Below, piece after piece: positions 37,811-47,988 of a stretch of 64,000 nucleotides of DNA (positions within the stretch are counted from its first letter, which is position 1; every line of letters begins with the position of its first letter). Origin of the DNA: Myxococcota bacterium. GTDB lineage: Bacteria; Myxococcota_A; Bradymonadia; UBA7976; UBA1532. The stretch spans positions 130,817-194,816 of the forward strand of contig JAYZEG010000062.1 of the NCBI GenBank assembly GCA_036337435.1, in the 5' to 3' direction. The notes under the pieces are model-generated. The model searched no databases, was not told the origin of the DNA, and saw only the letters and a list, made by a program, of their open reading frames with translations. Position numbers and translations under genes: made by a program.

Positions 37811-39066
37811 GGTGGGCAGAGTTGATTCACACCGCACACCCCATCGGTGCATTGGCCGCTGTAACAGGCATCATTCGTTTGGCAGACTTCACCGAGGCGG
37901 CCCCTCGGTTTACAGACGTCGCCATCGCAGATATTACCCAATTCGCAGACTTTGAATGCGGGTGCTTGACCACATGGTTGGCCCTCACCGGGTAGGGCTC
38001 TACACCGGCCATCTAAGTCAGGCGGAAACCCATTGATGTCGGTCCCACCGCAATATAATCCGTCGCCGCAATGGTCAGGGAATCCAGGGGCACAGGTCGC
38101 ATTTTCCGCCACACGGGCGCGACATCGAAACTCCGCGCTCAAACCACGAACTTCGACGATACACGCCAAGCCTTCTTCGCAGAGCGGTCCTGCTGTAATG
38201 TCGCATGCTTCGCCTGCACCAACGAGACCATCGGTATAGACCTGGCAGCGCCCTCGCCCGCCATTTTCACCGTCGCAGTACAGTCCACTTTCACACGTAG
38301 GCCCATCGCCACCGCATCGCGCATTGAGTGCTGCGGGTCCGCTGCAAACACCCCCAACGCACGTCAGACCAAGTTCGCATGATGCATCGCTGGTGCAGTC
38401 TGCATCCATTGTCCCTTGGAATTCGCATCGACCTGGGCATTGGTCCGATTTCGAGCAGAACTGTCCGTCGCCGCATCCCTCATTCTCTGAACATGATTGG
38501 CCGACAGCCCGGTTGCCTTGGAAACTGTCCAAGCAGGCCGACGTTAGACTTGCAAAATCAATGGTGCATGCCAGATTGTCGATGGCTCTTATACATGATC
38601 GTGTGCCGACCGGGTTGTAAGATACTTCTCCCGATTCAATGAGTGGCTGCATCCGTGCGATGGTTGCATCCTCGAATTGTCTCGTCATGAACTCGGCACA
38701 TGGTTCGCCAACCACCCCGCTGAAAACCGCGGTAAATTGACATCGGTCTACGAATCGACAGATGGCATCAGAAAACTGTTCGGACAAATCATCCGGGATT
38801 GGAATGACCACGCCTGGAGTCCCAGAATCAGCGACATTCAATCCCCCGTCCGTCATGGGTCTCACCGTCGTTGAATCGCCGATTGCCATGGAATTTTCCC
38901 CACCGTCGGCTTGGCTTCGGTTCGGCCCCCCGTCAACCATACTTGAATTGGAATCCGCTAAATTTTCGTCGGATGTGTCATTGCCACTTGCGCAACCGAT
39001 CCAGATACAGGACATCACTAAAATAGCTGCGATACGAAAGTCTGATCTTGTGTCTGTATATCTCAT
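37807..39066 (-). CDS. Cys-rich lipoprotein
   Basis: Lipobox WIGC; ICRFVDRC...SCIRAIDNLAC helical domain, then repeated GxxC...CxxGLxC units. Confidence 0.82.
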   Translation of the reverse strand: MRYTDTRSDFRIAAILVMSCIWIGCASGNDTSDENLADSNSSMVDGGPNRSQADGGENSMAIGDSTTVRPMTDGGLNVADSGTPGVVIPIPDDLSEQFSDAICRFVDRCQFTAVFSGVVGEPCAEFMTRQFEDATIARMQPLIESGEVSYNPVGTRSCIRAIDNLACTIDFASLTSACLDSFQGNRAVGQSCSENEGCGDGQFCSKSDQCPGRCEFQGTMDADCTSDASCELGLTCVGGVCSGPAALNARCGGDGPTCESGLYCDGENGGRGRCQVYTDGLVGAGEACDITAGPLCEEGLACIVEVRGLSAEFRCRARVAENATCAPGFPDHCGDGLYCGGTDINGFPPDLDGRCRALPGEGQPCGQAPAFKVCELGNICDGDVCKPRGRLGEVCQTNDACYSGQCTDGVCGVNQLCPP

Positions 39067-39129
39067 GCCATGCACCATACATCGTTGCGGCACGGCAGCG
39101 CCAGTGAACCGTAGCAGAAGGGCCATTTC

Positions 39130-40767
39130 ATGATACAAAATCGTCTTGGCTGCCCTCGCCAGATTCTGGTGTGGCAATGGCTTACACTGGGTGTCACCCT
39201 CTTGGTGATTGGGTGCTCGACCAAGGCGAGAGCACAGGCCGATTCTCGCCCCGATTGCTCACTGGGTAAGGTGGTGACTCGCCAGACCCATGGTCATTGT
39301 TGCTGGCCCGGTCAGAGCTGGTCCAGGCAAAGTCTTGAATGCGTCGGCCCTGCACAGTGTCCGCCAAACTTTTCGCGCAGCGATGACGGTGTCGAGTGCA
39401 TGAGAGACTCATGCACAGGGGGTCGCATAGATGTCTCAGGGCGATGTTGCTGGCCCGGTCAGACTTGGTCAGAGACCGAGAATCGGTGCGATGGGCGCCC
39501 AATCTGTCCTGCAGGTCACACTGCGGTCGACCAACAATGCGTGCCACATAGACAATCCATTCAAGACCAGAAACTTGAGTATGAACCTGTCAAAGATGAC
39601 GCCTATGTTTTCGTTGAGAAAGGTGTTTATTCAAGGGGTTCCGAGAGGCGAGAGCCAGGGCGCTACAATAACGAGACAGCGCACACCGTTGCTTTAACTC
39701 GAGATATTTTGTTCAAGAAAACCGAAGTAACACAGCGGGAATGGCTCGGACTCATTCCGGCTAACCCAGCACTCTTTCAGCAATGCGGGCTAGATTGTCC
39801 GGTTGAGCGTGTCAATTGGTACGAGGTCTTAGAATGGTTGAATCGGCAATCACGGGCTGAAGGGTTGACCCCATGTTACCGCTTTGGAAAGTGCACGGGC
39901 ACATTGGGGGGTGGTTGTCAAAAGGTTGGTCAGAACCCACGTACCTGTGACGGAGATTATGTCTGCACCAACGTCAGCTTCATCGGACCTCAATGTTCAG
40001 GCTTTCGACTGCCTACCGAAGCCGAATGGGAATATGTAGCCCGGGCTGGAACCAGCACCTCAACCTACGCCGGCAACGTGACGGCCATGCCTGCTCGCGA
40101 TGCATTCGTACTGGATCCAATCGCGTGGTATGCCCGAAACGGTCAGGTGGACTATCCGTCTGGTCAAACGTGTTCTAGTCGGCTTAAGTATTCAGGGTCA
40201 GGCCCTCAATGCGGTACCCATGCCGTGGGTCAGAAAGTGCCAACGGACTGGGGGCATTTTGATATGCTGGGCAACGTCATGGAATGGGTTTGGGACGGCT
40301 TCGGACAATATCCCCGGCGCTCTGCTGTCGACCCGGTTCAACATTTTGGATTGGACCGGATTGTGAGGGGTGGAAGTTGGGCGAGTAACGGGCGCTTCTT
40401 ACGTGCGGCGTTGCGCAGTCGTATGAGTCCAGGCGGTCGGAATGCTGAAATTGGATTTCGGGCCGTGCGCACGGTGGTCAAGGGCGAGCCTAAACCCGCT
40501 CCCATACCACCCACTGATGAGGCGTTTGAAAGCGGCACAACACATCGTGAGGAGCCATCCACAGTCCCTGCAGTCAAGCCAGCTGGCCAGCTTCTGAAAG
40601 TTGAACGCGGTTTAATCCCCGTCGGGTCGGATAAGCCTGCTTCGACCATGAAAAAAAAATCCAGTTCAAAACGCGAGACCAAATCCAAGCCAGATAAAGA
40701 GGCCGACGAGACTCAGACCATTAAGCCCATTCGTCTGCAGTTAGTTACCGATCCTGACTCCGATTAG
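39130..40767 (+). CDS. FGE-sulfatase (SUMF1/EgtB/PvdO) domain protein with N-terminal Cys-rich repeats
   Basis: TEVTQ, CPVERVNW, FRLPTEAEWEYVARAG, DMLGNVMEW, RGGSW, IGFR; two CCWPGQxWS units. Confidence 0.9.
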   Translation: MIQNRLGCPRQILVWQWLTLGVTLLVIGCSTKARAQADSRPDCSLGKVVTRQTHGHCCWPGQSWSRQSLECVGPAQCPPNFSRSDDGVECMRDSCTGGRIDVSGRCCWPGQTWSETENRCDGRPICPAGHTAVDQQCVPHRQSIQDQKLEYEPVKDDAYVFVEKGVYSRGSERREPGRYNNETAHTVALTRDILFKKTEVTQREWLGLIPANPALFQQCGLDCPVERVNWYEVLEWLNRQSRAEGLTPCYRFGKCTGTLGGGCQKVGQNPRTCDGDYVCTNVSFIGPQCSGFRLPTEAEWEYVARAGTSTSTYAGNVTAMPARDAFVLDPIAWYARNGQVDYPSGQTCSSRLKYSGSGPQCGTHAVGQKVPTDWGHFDMLGNVMEWVWDGFGQYPRRSAVDPVQHFGLDRIVRGGSWASNGRFLRAALRSRMSPGGRNAEIGFRAVRTVVKGEPKPAPIPPTDEAFESGTTHREEPSTVPAVKPAGQLLKVERGLIPVGSDKPASTMKKKSSSKRETKSKPDKEADETQTIKPIRLQLVTDPDSD

Positions 40768-40993
40768 TGGCATCGCTCTGATCTGATGTCACAGAGTTGT
40801 CGGGTGGTCCGATCATGCCCAGTACAATACTGAGCAAGATGACCACGCCCATCGGAATAAAAATCCGTTTCAAATTTCGTCGATGCAGGCGCTGTAAGGT
40901 CTCTTGTTCGGCGACAGGATCAATGGGGTCATCAAACAGGTCATCCTGACATTGAATCTCATCTGATGGTTCGGGGGTCCCGTCATTTGTCAT
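40745..40993 (-). CDS. Small hypothetical membrane protein
   Basis: Acidic N-terminus and one TM helix (IFIPMGVVILLSIVLGMIG). Confidence 0.5.
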   Translation of the reverse strand: MTNDGTPEPSDEIQCQDDLFDDPIDPVAEQETLQRLHRRNLKRIFIPMGVVILLSIVLGMIGPPDNSVTSDQSDATNRSQDR

Positions 40994-41109
40994 TGGCTGT
41001 CTCCATTTCACAGCAATTCCTTATACAAACTGTCTCAATTTATTGCCTGTGGTCAAACTTGTTGCCGCGCCGTATTTTCGAGACACGACCATCTTGGCAG
41101 ACTGCGGCG

Positions 41110-43653
41110 ATGACAGAGCAGGCACTTCGTGGTACCTCTATGGCCCACAGACAAAAGGGGTTTCGATTGCTAAAAGAGCGTCCAATACGGTGGTTGATTA
41201 CATTGATCCACCGGCGTCCAGTGGTCGTACTGATCGCATCAATGGCGTTGACAGCCTGGTCGGTCTATCTCTCCCTTGGCATCGGTATCAAGAGCAAGAT
41301 GAAGGACCTGCTGCCTGAAACAGCGCCCAGTGTCGTCGCGTTGCAAGAAGTCAATGAGCGTCTTGGTTCGGCTGACAATCTGATCGTTGCACTGGTATCA
41401 GACCAATTCAAAACCTTGATCCCCCATCTCGAAGCCATCGCCGCTACGCTAGAAGCACACCCAGACATTCGGAAAGTCGAATGGCGGCAAGATGTCGAGT
41501 TAATCGACCGCAATGCTTTGATCATTTTTCCAACACTTCCGGAGTTAAAAGATCATTATCAGTCGCTCCGAGAAAGAATTAGAGACGAGGTCAAAAAACG
41601 AACCCGCTTGCTAGACGAGGACGAATCCGATGCTGAGGGGGATGAGCCGGCTTTTAAGCGATATACCTACAGCTGGGCCGAACATGAACAAGACGATGGA
41701 TTAAGCAATCTCGGTCGTACGTTCCGAAGTGGCCGAGGCAAGTATCGAGAATATTTCTACAATATGCTGCATACGGCTGTTGGGTTGAAAGTACACCCAG
41801 TTCGCTCTTCTGGTGATTTAAAGTTTTCCCGCCACATTCTCGACGTGGCAAATGACTTATTGAATCAAGAACTCGAACAACGCTTTGGCGGAGTGGGCGA
41901 GGGCCGGGTTGTCAGCCAAGTTGTTCTCGCTGGTGGCTATCGCAACACCGTTGAGCGAGCCAACCAGGTCAAAAGCGACATGCTGGGCTCAATCGGAATT
42001 GCTTTTGGCATTTTATCTCTCATCATTATGGTCTTTTTTAGAAGTGTACGGGCTCTTTTCTGTGTCCTAATCCCTGTTGCATCAGGCATCGCATGGACCG
42101 GTGGTTTCGTCGCGTTGACCATTGGCTATGTCAATCTCATTACGGCATTTATATTCGCGATACTTCTCGGTTTGGGCATCGATTTTGGGATCCATTTTTT
42201 TGCTCGCTATAAGGAAGAATATAGTCTCGGAAGAACGCCTGTGGATGCCATGGTGACGACTCATCAGCATTGTGGATCCGCCAGCATTCTCGCTGCTGTG
42301 ACCACGTCAAGTGCATTTGCCGCTCTGAGTATCGCAGACTTCCGTGGTTTCAGTCAGTTTGGTGGTGTCGCAGCAGCCGGCGTCCTTCTGAGTTTAATCG
42401 CCGTTATCGTGATCTTTACCGCGCTGGTTTTTTCAATTGAACGCGTCTCTCCCATGGGCAGACCTGCGGTCACACAAACGGCAGAGCAGGCGAGAGACAA
42501 GAATCGAAAACCTTTTCCACTCTCTGGTCGATTTGTTTTGTTTGCGCTCGGTGTGGGTGCTTTTTGTCTCGCGTCGGCAGGTCAAGTCGGTTTCGAACTG
42601 AATATGAACAAACTGATGCAAAAGGACAAAGTGAAACCGGAGTACCAAAGAGTCACATACGGCACGGTTAAATCGTCTGCTCCAGCGGTCCTTATTGCCG
42701 CCAACTCCCAGGAAGCGAGGAGCCTTCATGAACAGCTGACCGCCATAGGGAAAACGCCTGAGGGCAAACAATTCTTGAAAGAGCATCAGTCTTTATTTGC
42801 TTTGATACCCACCGAACAGAAGGACAAAATTACTTGGGTGGGTAAAATCTGCAGGAAATTAAAGCGCAAGGTTAAACTCTTCGAAGGTGATTCACGAGAA
42901 GGTGCAGATGAAATTTTAAAACGCTGCGAACCCACTGAATTTTCTGTCGGAGATTTGCCCGATTGGGTCAAAGCGAAATTTACAGATAAGACAGGAAAGG
43001 TTGGAGAGTTCATTTTCGTAACGCCAAGAGGGTCCATAAACGATGGTGAGAGAGCACTGGCTTTCCGAGATCTAATGCTTTCTTTAGAGACTCAAGCGGG
43101 TACCCCGCCCGCCGTCACAGGCAAGCCCATTGTTTGGGCCGATATCATTACCGCGATGTATGTCGATGGTAAGAAAACGACCATTGCTGCATTTATCACG
43201 GTGTTTTTACTGCTCCTTCTATTCGAAAGAAGTCTTATCGCGCTGAGCTTAATCGTTTTACCATTGGTTTTGGGGATCGCTTATACCCTCGGATTGATGG
43301 TTCTGTTGGGGATCAAGATCAACTTTTTTAACATGCTTGTCTTGCCTACGATCATCGGGATTGGTGTCGATGACGGTGTTCACATTTACCATCGGTACCG
43401 TGAACTCGGCCCAAATAGTGCTCGTTATGTTGTGCGATCGACCGGGATGGCGGCGGTACTCACCAGTCTCACAACGTCTGTTGGATTTGGAAGTTTGTTG
43501 ACCGCCAACCTCTTCGGTCTGAATTCCTTAGGTCTTTTGTCTATCATCGCCATCTTCGCGGCACTTTTTACGACCCTGTTCGTTATGCCGGCGGCAATGC
43601 AATGGCTCGACAATAGACAGCCGACCAACCCATCCGAGGTCGCTTCGGCTTGA
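41110..43653 (+). CDS. MMPL/RND-superfamily lipid exporter
   Basis: Duplicated 1+5 TM topology; GLGIDFGIH and GIGVDDGVH. Start at 41110 or 41140. Confidence 0.9.
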   Translation: MTEQALRGTSMAHRQKGFRLLKERPIRWLITLIHRRPVVVLIASMALTAWSVYLSLGIGIKSKMKDLLPETAPSVVALQEVNERLGSADNLIVALVSDQFKTLIPHLEAIAATLEAHPDIRKVEWRQDVELIDRNALIIFPTLPELKDHYQSLRERIRDEVKKRTRLLDEDESDAEGDEPAFKRYTYSWAEHEQDDGLSNLGRTFRSGRGKYREYFYNMLHTAVGLKVHPVRSSGDLKFSRHILDVANDLLNQELEQRFGGVGEGRVVSQVVLAGGYRNTVERANQVKSDMLGSIGIAFGILSLIIMVFFRSVRALFCVLIPVASGIAWTGGFVALTIGYVNLITAFIFAILLGLGIDFGIHFFARYKEEYSLGRTPVDAMVTTHQHCGSASILAAVTTSSAFAALSIADFRGFSQFGGVAAAGVLLSLIAVIVIFTALVFSIERVSPMGRPAVTQTAEQARDKNRKPFPLSGRFVLFALGVGAFCLASAGQVGFELNMNKLMQKDKVKPEYQRVTYGTVKSSAPAVLIAANSQEARSLHEQLTAIGKTPEGKQFLKEHQSLFALIPTEQKDKITWVGKICRKLKRKVKLFEGDSREGADEILKRCEPTEFSVGDLPDWVKAKFTDKTGKVGEFIFVTPRGSINDGERALAFRDLMLSLETQAGTPPAVTGKPIVWADIITAMYVDGKKTTIAAFITVFLLLLLFERSLIALSLIVLPLVLGIAYTLGLMVLLGIKINFFNMLVLPTIIGIGVDDGVHIYHRYRELGPNSARYVVRSTGMAAVLTSLTTSVGFGSLLTANLFGLNSLGLLSIIAIFAALFTTLFVMPAAMQWLDNRQPTNPSEVASA

Positions 43654-43794
43654 ACTCGTTTAGTTCGTGGTCATCAGCCGTCTCAGACAATCCCCTGTGG
43701 CCGCTCTTCGCAAAGCTGCGTTTGCCTACTTTGACTCTGATTCCGAACGTGGTACACCGATCGGCCTAACGGCACGTATACTTGGAGACAAATC

Positions 43795-45675
43795 ATGAAC
43801 GCAAACTCCTCATCCCTCGAGACCTATGCCACGATCGATCAACTGTACCTCGCAATTGAGGAAAGAACATTTCAGCCAGGCTCCCTGATCAAAGGGGCTG
43901 TCGATGGAATAGATGGTGAGTTCGCGAAGATTAAACTGACATCGGGAAGTGGCTTGGTTCCTAAGGCGGAAGTCGATGGTCTGGACCCGGCCAATGAGCA
44001 CCTATTCTTCGTCGAGTCCCAAGATGCTGAGGGCGTTCGTTTATCTTATCATAAGGCACTTCGACTCAGCCTTTGGAATTGGCTCACAGCGTGTCAGAAA
44101 AATGGATCCGCAGTCTCAGCCACCATCGTGGGGGAAGCTCGAGGAGGATTAGCCGTCGAGGTTCATGGAGTCAAAGCCACCATGTCATTGATGGACTTGG
44201 AGCCTGGTTCGTCTCGGGAACTCTCTGACCTCATTGGAAAGACAATGGATGTTCGTGTGACGAGCATTCGCGAGAAAAAGGCACAGATCCAAGTGTCGCA
44301 AAGAGCACTTACCGAGGGTGATCGTTCTGAGAGAAAAGAATTTACGCTCGCCAACCTAGACGTCGGACAGATTGTTGAAGGTGAGGTTCGGCGTCTCGCA
44401 AACTTTGGTGCGTTTGTTGACATTGGCGGCGTGGACGGCCTGTTACACGTCAAAGACATGCAATGGAAGCGTGTTGACCACCCTCGTGATTTTGTCTCGG
44501 TGGGCGATTTAATTAAAGTCAAGGTGCTCCGATTTGATTCTGAGACTGAGAAAATCGCACTGGGTACAAAGCAGCTGCTTCCCGATCCGTGGAGCGATGC
44601 AGAGGAACGATATCGTGCCGGTAAAGAGGTCAACGGTGATGTTGTTGGCCTGACCGACTTCGGTGCATTCGTTATGCTCGATGATGGGATCGAGGGTCTT
44701 GTCCATGTATCGGAAATGTCTTGGACAGAGAAAATTGCGCGATCGTCGGATGTGCTTAAGAAAGGCCAGCCGGTCAAAGCTTGGGTGATTCGGTGCGATA
44801 TCGAGCGACGTCGGTTGGGTTTGACATTGAAGAGCCCTGATGAAAACCCGTGGAAGAAGCTCAAAGAGCGGCACCCTATCGGAGATAAAATTCCGACAAA
44901 GGTCACCAGCACTGTTGAATTTGGGCTTTTTGTGTCTTTGGGTGATGGTCTCGAAGGCCTTGTCCACATCAGTGATTTTGCTTGGGGGCCAATGACGGCG
45001 ACACCCAGTGAACTTTACTCAGTTGGGGACGACATCGAAGTGATGTTGTTGGACGTCGATGAAGAAAGGGGCCGGGCCAATCTCGGCTTAAAGCAATTGA
45101 GCGATCCGGCTCAATCCGCCACATTCGAAGATTTAGAAATTGGGGCGACCATTGAGTGTGGTGTCAGCAGTGTCCAATCCTATGGCGTCTTTGTGGAACT
45201 GGAGAACGGCATTGAAGGCATGATCCACGTCAGTGCCTTCGGAGACAAACTGTCCAATCCAGTTGACGAACTGGTCACGGGCCAGCGCATTCTTGCCGAT
45301 GTGACGGCCATCGATAAGGCCGAAGGGCGTGTTAGCCTCGCTTTCAATGATTTTTTGCCCACGTCATCAGACGCCGACCTCTCGACGCCTGAGGTGTCGG
45401 AGACAGAATCAATCGAGGCTGAAACCAAGTCGGACGACGCAGCGGCTGTGGTCGATGAGAATGACGGTTCTGTTGACCCCCAAGAGGCGCAATCGGAAGC
45501 CTCAGCAGTACCAGCTGTCGAACTGAATGAAGATGCACAGAAATCGGACTCAGACAGCCCACTCGATGTTGCTGACGAAGCCAGTGCCGGCCCCGTTGAA
45601 TCAGCCGATGAGGTGGCCGTAATTGAGGCAGAGGCCTCAGTTGAGGAATCAGCTGACCCAGACCAAGACAAATAA
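43795..45675 (+). CDS. rpsA: 30S ribosomal protein S1-like protein (six S1 domains, long acidic tail)
   Basis: FGAFVDIGGVDGLLHV, FGAFVMLDDGIEGLVHVSEMSW, FGLFVSLGDGLEGLVHISD, YGVFVELENGIEGMIH; domains 1 and 2 look divergent. Confidence 0.82.
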   Translation: MNANSSSLETYATIDQLYLAIEERTFQPGSLIKGAVDGIDGEFAKIKLTSGSGLVPKAEVDGLDPANEHLFFVESQDAEGVRLSYHKALRLSLWNWLTACQKNGSAVSATIVGEARGGLAVEVHGVKATMSLMDLEPGSSRELSDLIGKTMDVRVTSIREKKAQIQVSQRALTEGDRSERKEFTLANLDVGQIVEGEVRRLANFGAFVDIGGVDGLLHVKDMQWKRVDHPRDFVSVGDLIKVKVLRFDSETEKIALGTKQLLPDPWSDAEERYRAGKEVNGDVVGLTDFGAFVMLDDGIEGLVHVSEMSWTEKIARSSDVLKKGQPVKAWVIRCDIERRRLGLTLKSPDENPWKKLKERHPIGDKIPTKVTSTVEFGLFVSLGDGLEGLVHISDFAWGPMTATPSELYSVGDDIEVMLLDVDEERGRANLGLKQLSDPAQSATFEDLEIGATIECGVSSVQSYGVFVELENGIEGMIHVSAFGDKLSNPVDELVTGQRILADVTAIDKAEGRVSLAFNDFLPTSSDADLSTPEVSETESIEAETKSDDAAAVVDENDGSVDPQEAQSEASAVPAVELNEDAQKSDSDSPLDVADEASAGPVESADEVAVIEAEASVEESADPDQDK

Positions 45676-45686
45676 CGCGAGCCCGC

Positions 45687-46349
45687 TCAGTTGCCTAAGT
45701 AGCCTTCTGAGAAGGTGCCGGGGACGGCAATGTCTTCGGGTGCCTGCCGGTAGTGTTGTCGAACAAACTCGCTGATTTCATCGGGCTGCACGCAATTGGC
45801 CTGGTAGACCCATTCCCAAGCGACGACGGCAACAGCACTTGGCAGATTAGCATAGGGTGTCATGACCCATCTAAACGGACCTGTTTCGTCTCCGGGAAAT
45901 CTACGCGCAGCATCGCGAAGTTCGTCGATTATGCTTTCGGGTGCGCAGGGGTTGTAGAGAAATGCAATGCCACCATGTTCGAGGTTGTGCAACCAGCGGG
46001 TTGCTGGGAGGAAGCTGTATTCTCCCCAGCAGGCCCACATGGGTCTATGGTCACCGGTTGCTGGCGGATTGGTCGTATACTCGATCTCATCTGGGAGCGC
46101 GATGTGCATTCGACCCAGTAGTTCCTGGCGGTCGCCCGTGCCCTGAGTGCACTCGCCAAGAATCCAGTCGGCCTGTTCGCACTGAGACGGACACGTTTGT
46201 CCAGTTGGCACATCGTCGCATGATTCCGATACGACGTCACAGGTCCAAGATTCTGACGCTGTCGAAGTTGACTCCTCGCCGGCGCACGACGCCAGACCGA
46301 CGACAACAGCACCGACGAGACCAATCGAGAAGAGACGGCACATCACCAA
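45687..46349 (-). CDS. DUF3105 lipoprotein
   Basis: Lipobox LASC; YTTNPPATGDH, LHNLEHG, VVAW. Confidence 0.82.
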   Translation of the reverse strand: MVMCRLFSIGLVGAVVVGLASCAGEESTSTASESWTCDVVSESCDDVPTGQTCPSQCEQADWILGECTQGTGDRQELLGRMHIALPDEIEYTTNPPATGDHRPMWACWGEYSFLPATRWLHNLEHGGIAFLYNPCAPESIIDELRDAARRFPGDETGPFRWVMTPYANLPSAVAVVAWEWVYQANCVQPDEISEFVRQHYRQAPEDIAVPGTFSEGYLGN

Positions 46350-46350
46350 A

Positions 46351-47118
46351 TCAGAGCCTCATTCCACCGTCGATGTCGATGCATCGGCCGGTAAAATAAT
46401 CGCATTCGATGATAAAACGTACGCCGGCAAAAATTTCATCTGCCGACCCGACACGTCGGAGTGGGACAGCCTTGAGCATCCCTTCGAGGACATCCGGTCG
46501 CATACCCTGAAGAATCGGCGTATCGACAAAGCCTGGCGCGATGGCACCGGTCCGAATGCCGTATCGAGCCAGCTCCTTGCCCCATGTGACCGTGTCGGCG
46601 ACGAGTCCAGCTTTTGCGGCGGAGTAGTTGCTCTGACCTTGGTTGCCGTATCGGGCGATACTACTGATGTTCACAATGACGCCTTGTTTTTGGCCGGTCG
46701 CAATGTGTCGTTCCGCAAATTCTCGAGTACACAGAAAAGGCCCCGTAAGATCGACGTCAATGACCATCTGCCAGTTCTTCAAGCTCATTTTTTTGACTTG
46801 TCCGGTCTCGCGGTCTTTCTTGACTAAGAGTCCATCTCTGAAAATACCTGCATTGTTGACGAGGGCATTCAATGACCCAAAATCCGCCCAAGCTTGGTCG
46901 AAAAACGCAATGACCTCCGCTTCATTTGCCACATTGGTTTTGTAGCCTCGGATCGTTCCGGGCAAGCCTTCAGCTTCTGCAACCAGGCTATCGAGACCCT
47001 CTTGATTCATGTCGCAAGCAGCGACGTTCGCTCCGGTTGACGCTAGCTTGAGACTGAAGGCGCGGCCCATACCACTCGCCCCGCCCGTTACAACAATATT
47101 CGAACCCTCTAATTTCAT
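46351..47118 (-). CDS. SDR oxidoreductase (3-oxoacyl-ACP reductase-like)
   Basis: TGGASGMG, NNAGIFRDGLL, NYSAAK. Confidence 0.92.
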   Translation of the reverse strand: MKLEGSNIVVTGGASGMGRAFSLKLASTGANVAACDMNQEGLDSLVAEAEGLPGTIRGYKTNVANEAEVIAFFDQAWADFGSLNALVNNAGIFRDGLLVKKDRETGQVKKMSLKNWQMVIDVDLTGPFLCTREFAERHIATGQKQGVIVNISSIARYGNQGQSNYSAAKAGLVADTVTWGKELARYGIRTGAIAPGFVDTPILQGMRPDVLEGMLKAVPLRRVGSADEIFAGVRFIIECDYFTGRCIDIDGGMRL

Positions 47119-47229
47119 TGAAAATCACTCCTCGTTAAATCCGCCCTTGTGGATGTCCGATCTAGCATATTCGATGCAAGTAATCATCACGAGCTTGCGG
47201 CCAGCCGAAACAGAGTCCACTATTCAATT

Positions 47230-47988
47230 ATGAACATGCCTCAATTAACCATAAAGCCCAACCCAGATGTGCCGTTTCGGATTGTAAAAAAGACCGAGCA
47301 TTTTCTGGTCGTTGAAAAACCGGCGGGGATTGTGACTCAACCTGGTCGAAAGCATCAGTCTGACACGCTGCTCAATGGGCTTTTTGCCCAGTACGGTAAA
47401 GCGTTGCAGAATCTCGGTAAGAAACGAGATTTTGGTCTGCTGCACCGTTTGGACCGGACCACCAGCGGGTTGGTGGTGGTCGGCCTCAGCATTGAGGGAT
47501 ACGATGGCATTAGACAACAGTTCGTCGACCGGTTGATCGAGAAAACATACCTGACCCTCGTTCACAACACGCCACAACCCCCAGGTGGTACAGAAGATAC
47601 ACCCATTAAAGAGGCCAGGATTCGTGGTCGAAAGCGAGCCGTGCTCGGGGGGGGTCGGGGTGCTCAAGACGCCAGAACGAAGTATTCAGTGCTCATCCAT
47701 TCCGGCCGCTTTTCATTGTTGAAGTGTCAGCCTCAAACGGGCCGATTGCACCAAATTCGTGTCCACATGGCTCATCGCGGGTGTCCCGTTGTCGGTGATT
47801 TGGAATACGGCAAGAAAACCCCAATCGATCGCCGAATGGGCTCAGATAAAATGTGTTTGCACGCCGCTAAATTGGTCTTTAGACATCCAATTAATGGTCG
47901 AACAGTCACTGCAGATTCGCCGGTTCCACCAGCGATGTTGGCTGCCATAAGCCAAGTTGGAATGACCTGTCCGAAGAAGTGGCGTTGA
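47230..47988 (+). CDS. RluA-family pseudouridine synthase
   Basis: VEKPAG, HRLDRTTSG, KTY, TGRLHQIRVH, LHA. Confidence 0.93.
   Translation: MNMPQLTIKPNPDVPFRIVKKTEHFLVVEKPAGIVTQPGRKHQSDTLLNGLFAQYGKALQNLGKKRDFGLLHRLDRTTSGLVVVGLSIEGYDGIRQQFVDRLIEKTYLTLVHNTPQPPGGTEDTPIKEARIRGRKRAVLGGGRGAQDARTKYSVLIHSGRFSLLKCQPQTGRLHQIRVHMAHRGCPVVGDLEYGKKTPIDRRMGSDKMCLHAAKLVFRHPINGRTVTADSPVPPAMLAAISQVGMTCPKKWR

Noticed and set aside
39900..40470. FGE-type C-terminus as a possible diversity-generating retroelement target
   Set aside because: I saw no reverse transcriptase or template repeat in the window.
44163..45671. Long antisense ORFs (268, 152 and 163 aa) over the S1 gene
   Set aside because: Typical antisense shadows of a conserved, codon-biased gene, with no motifs of their own.
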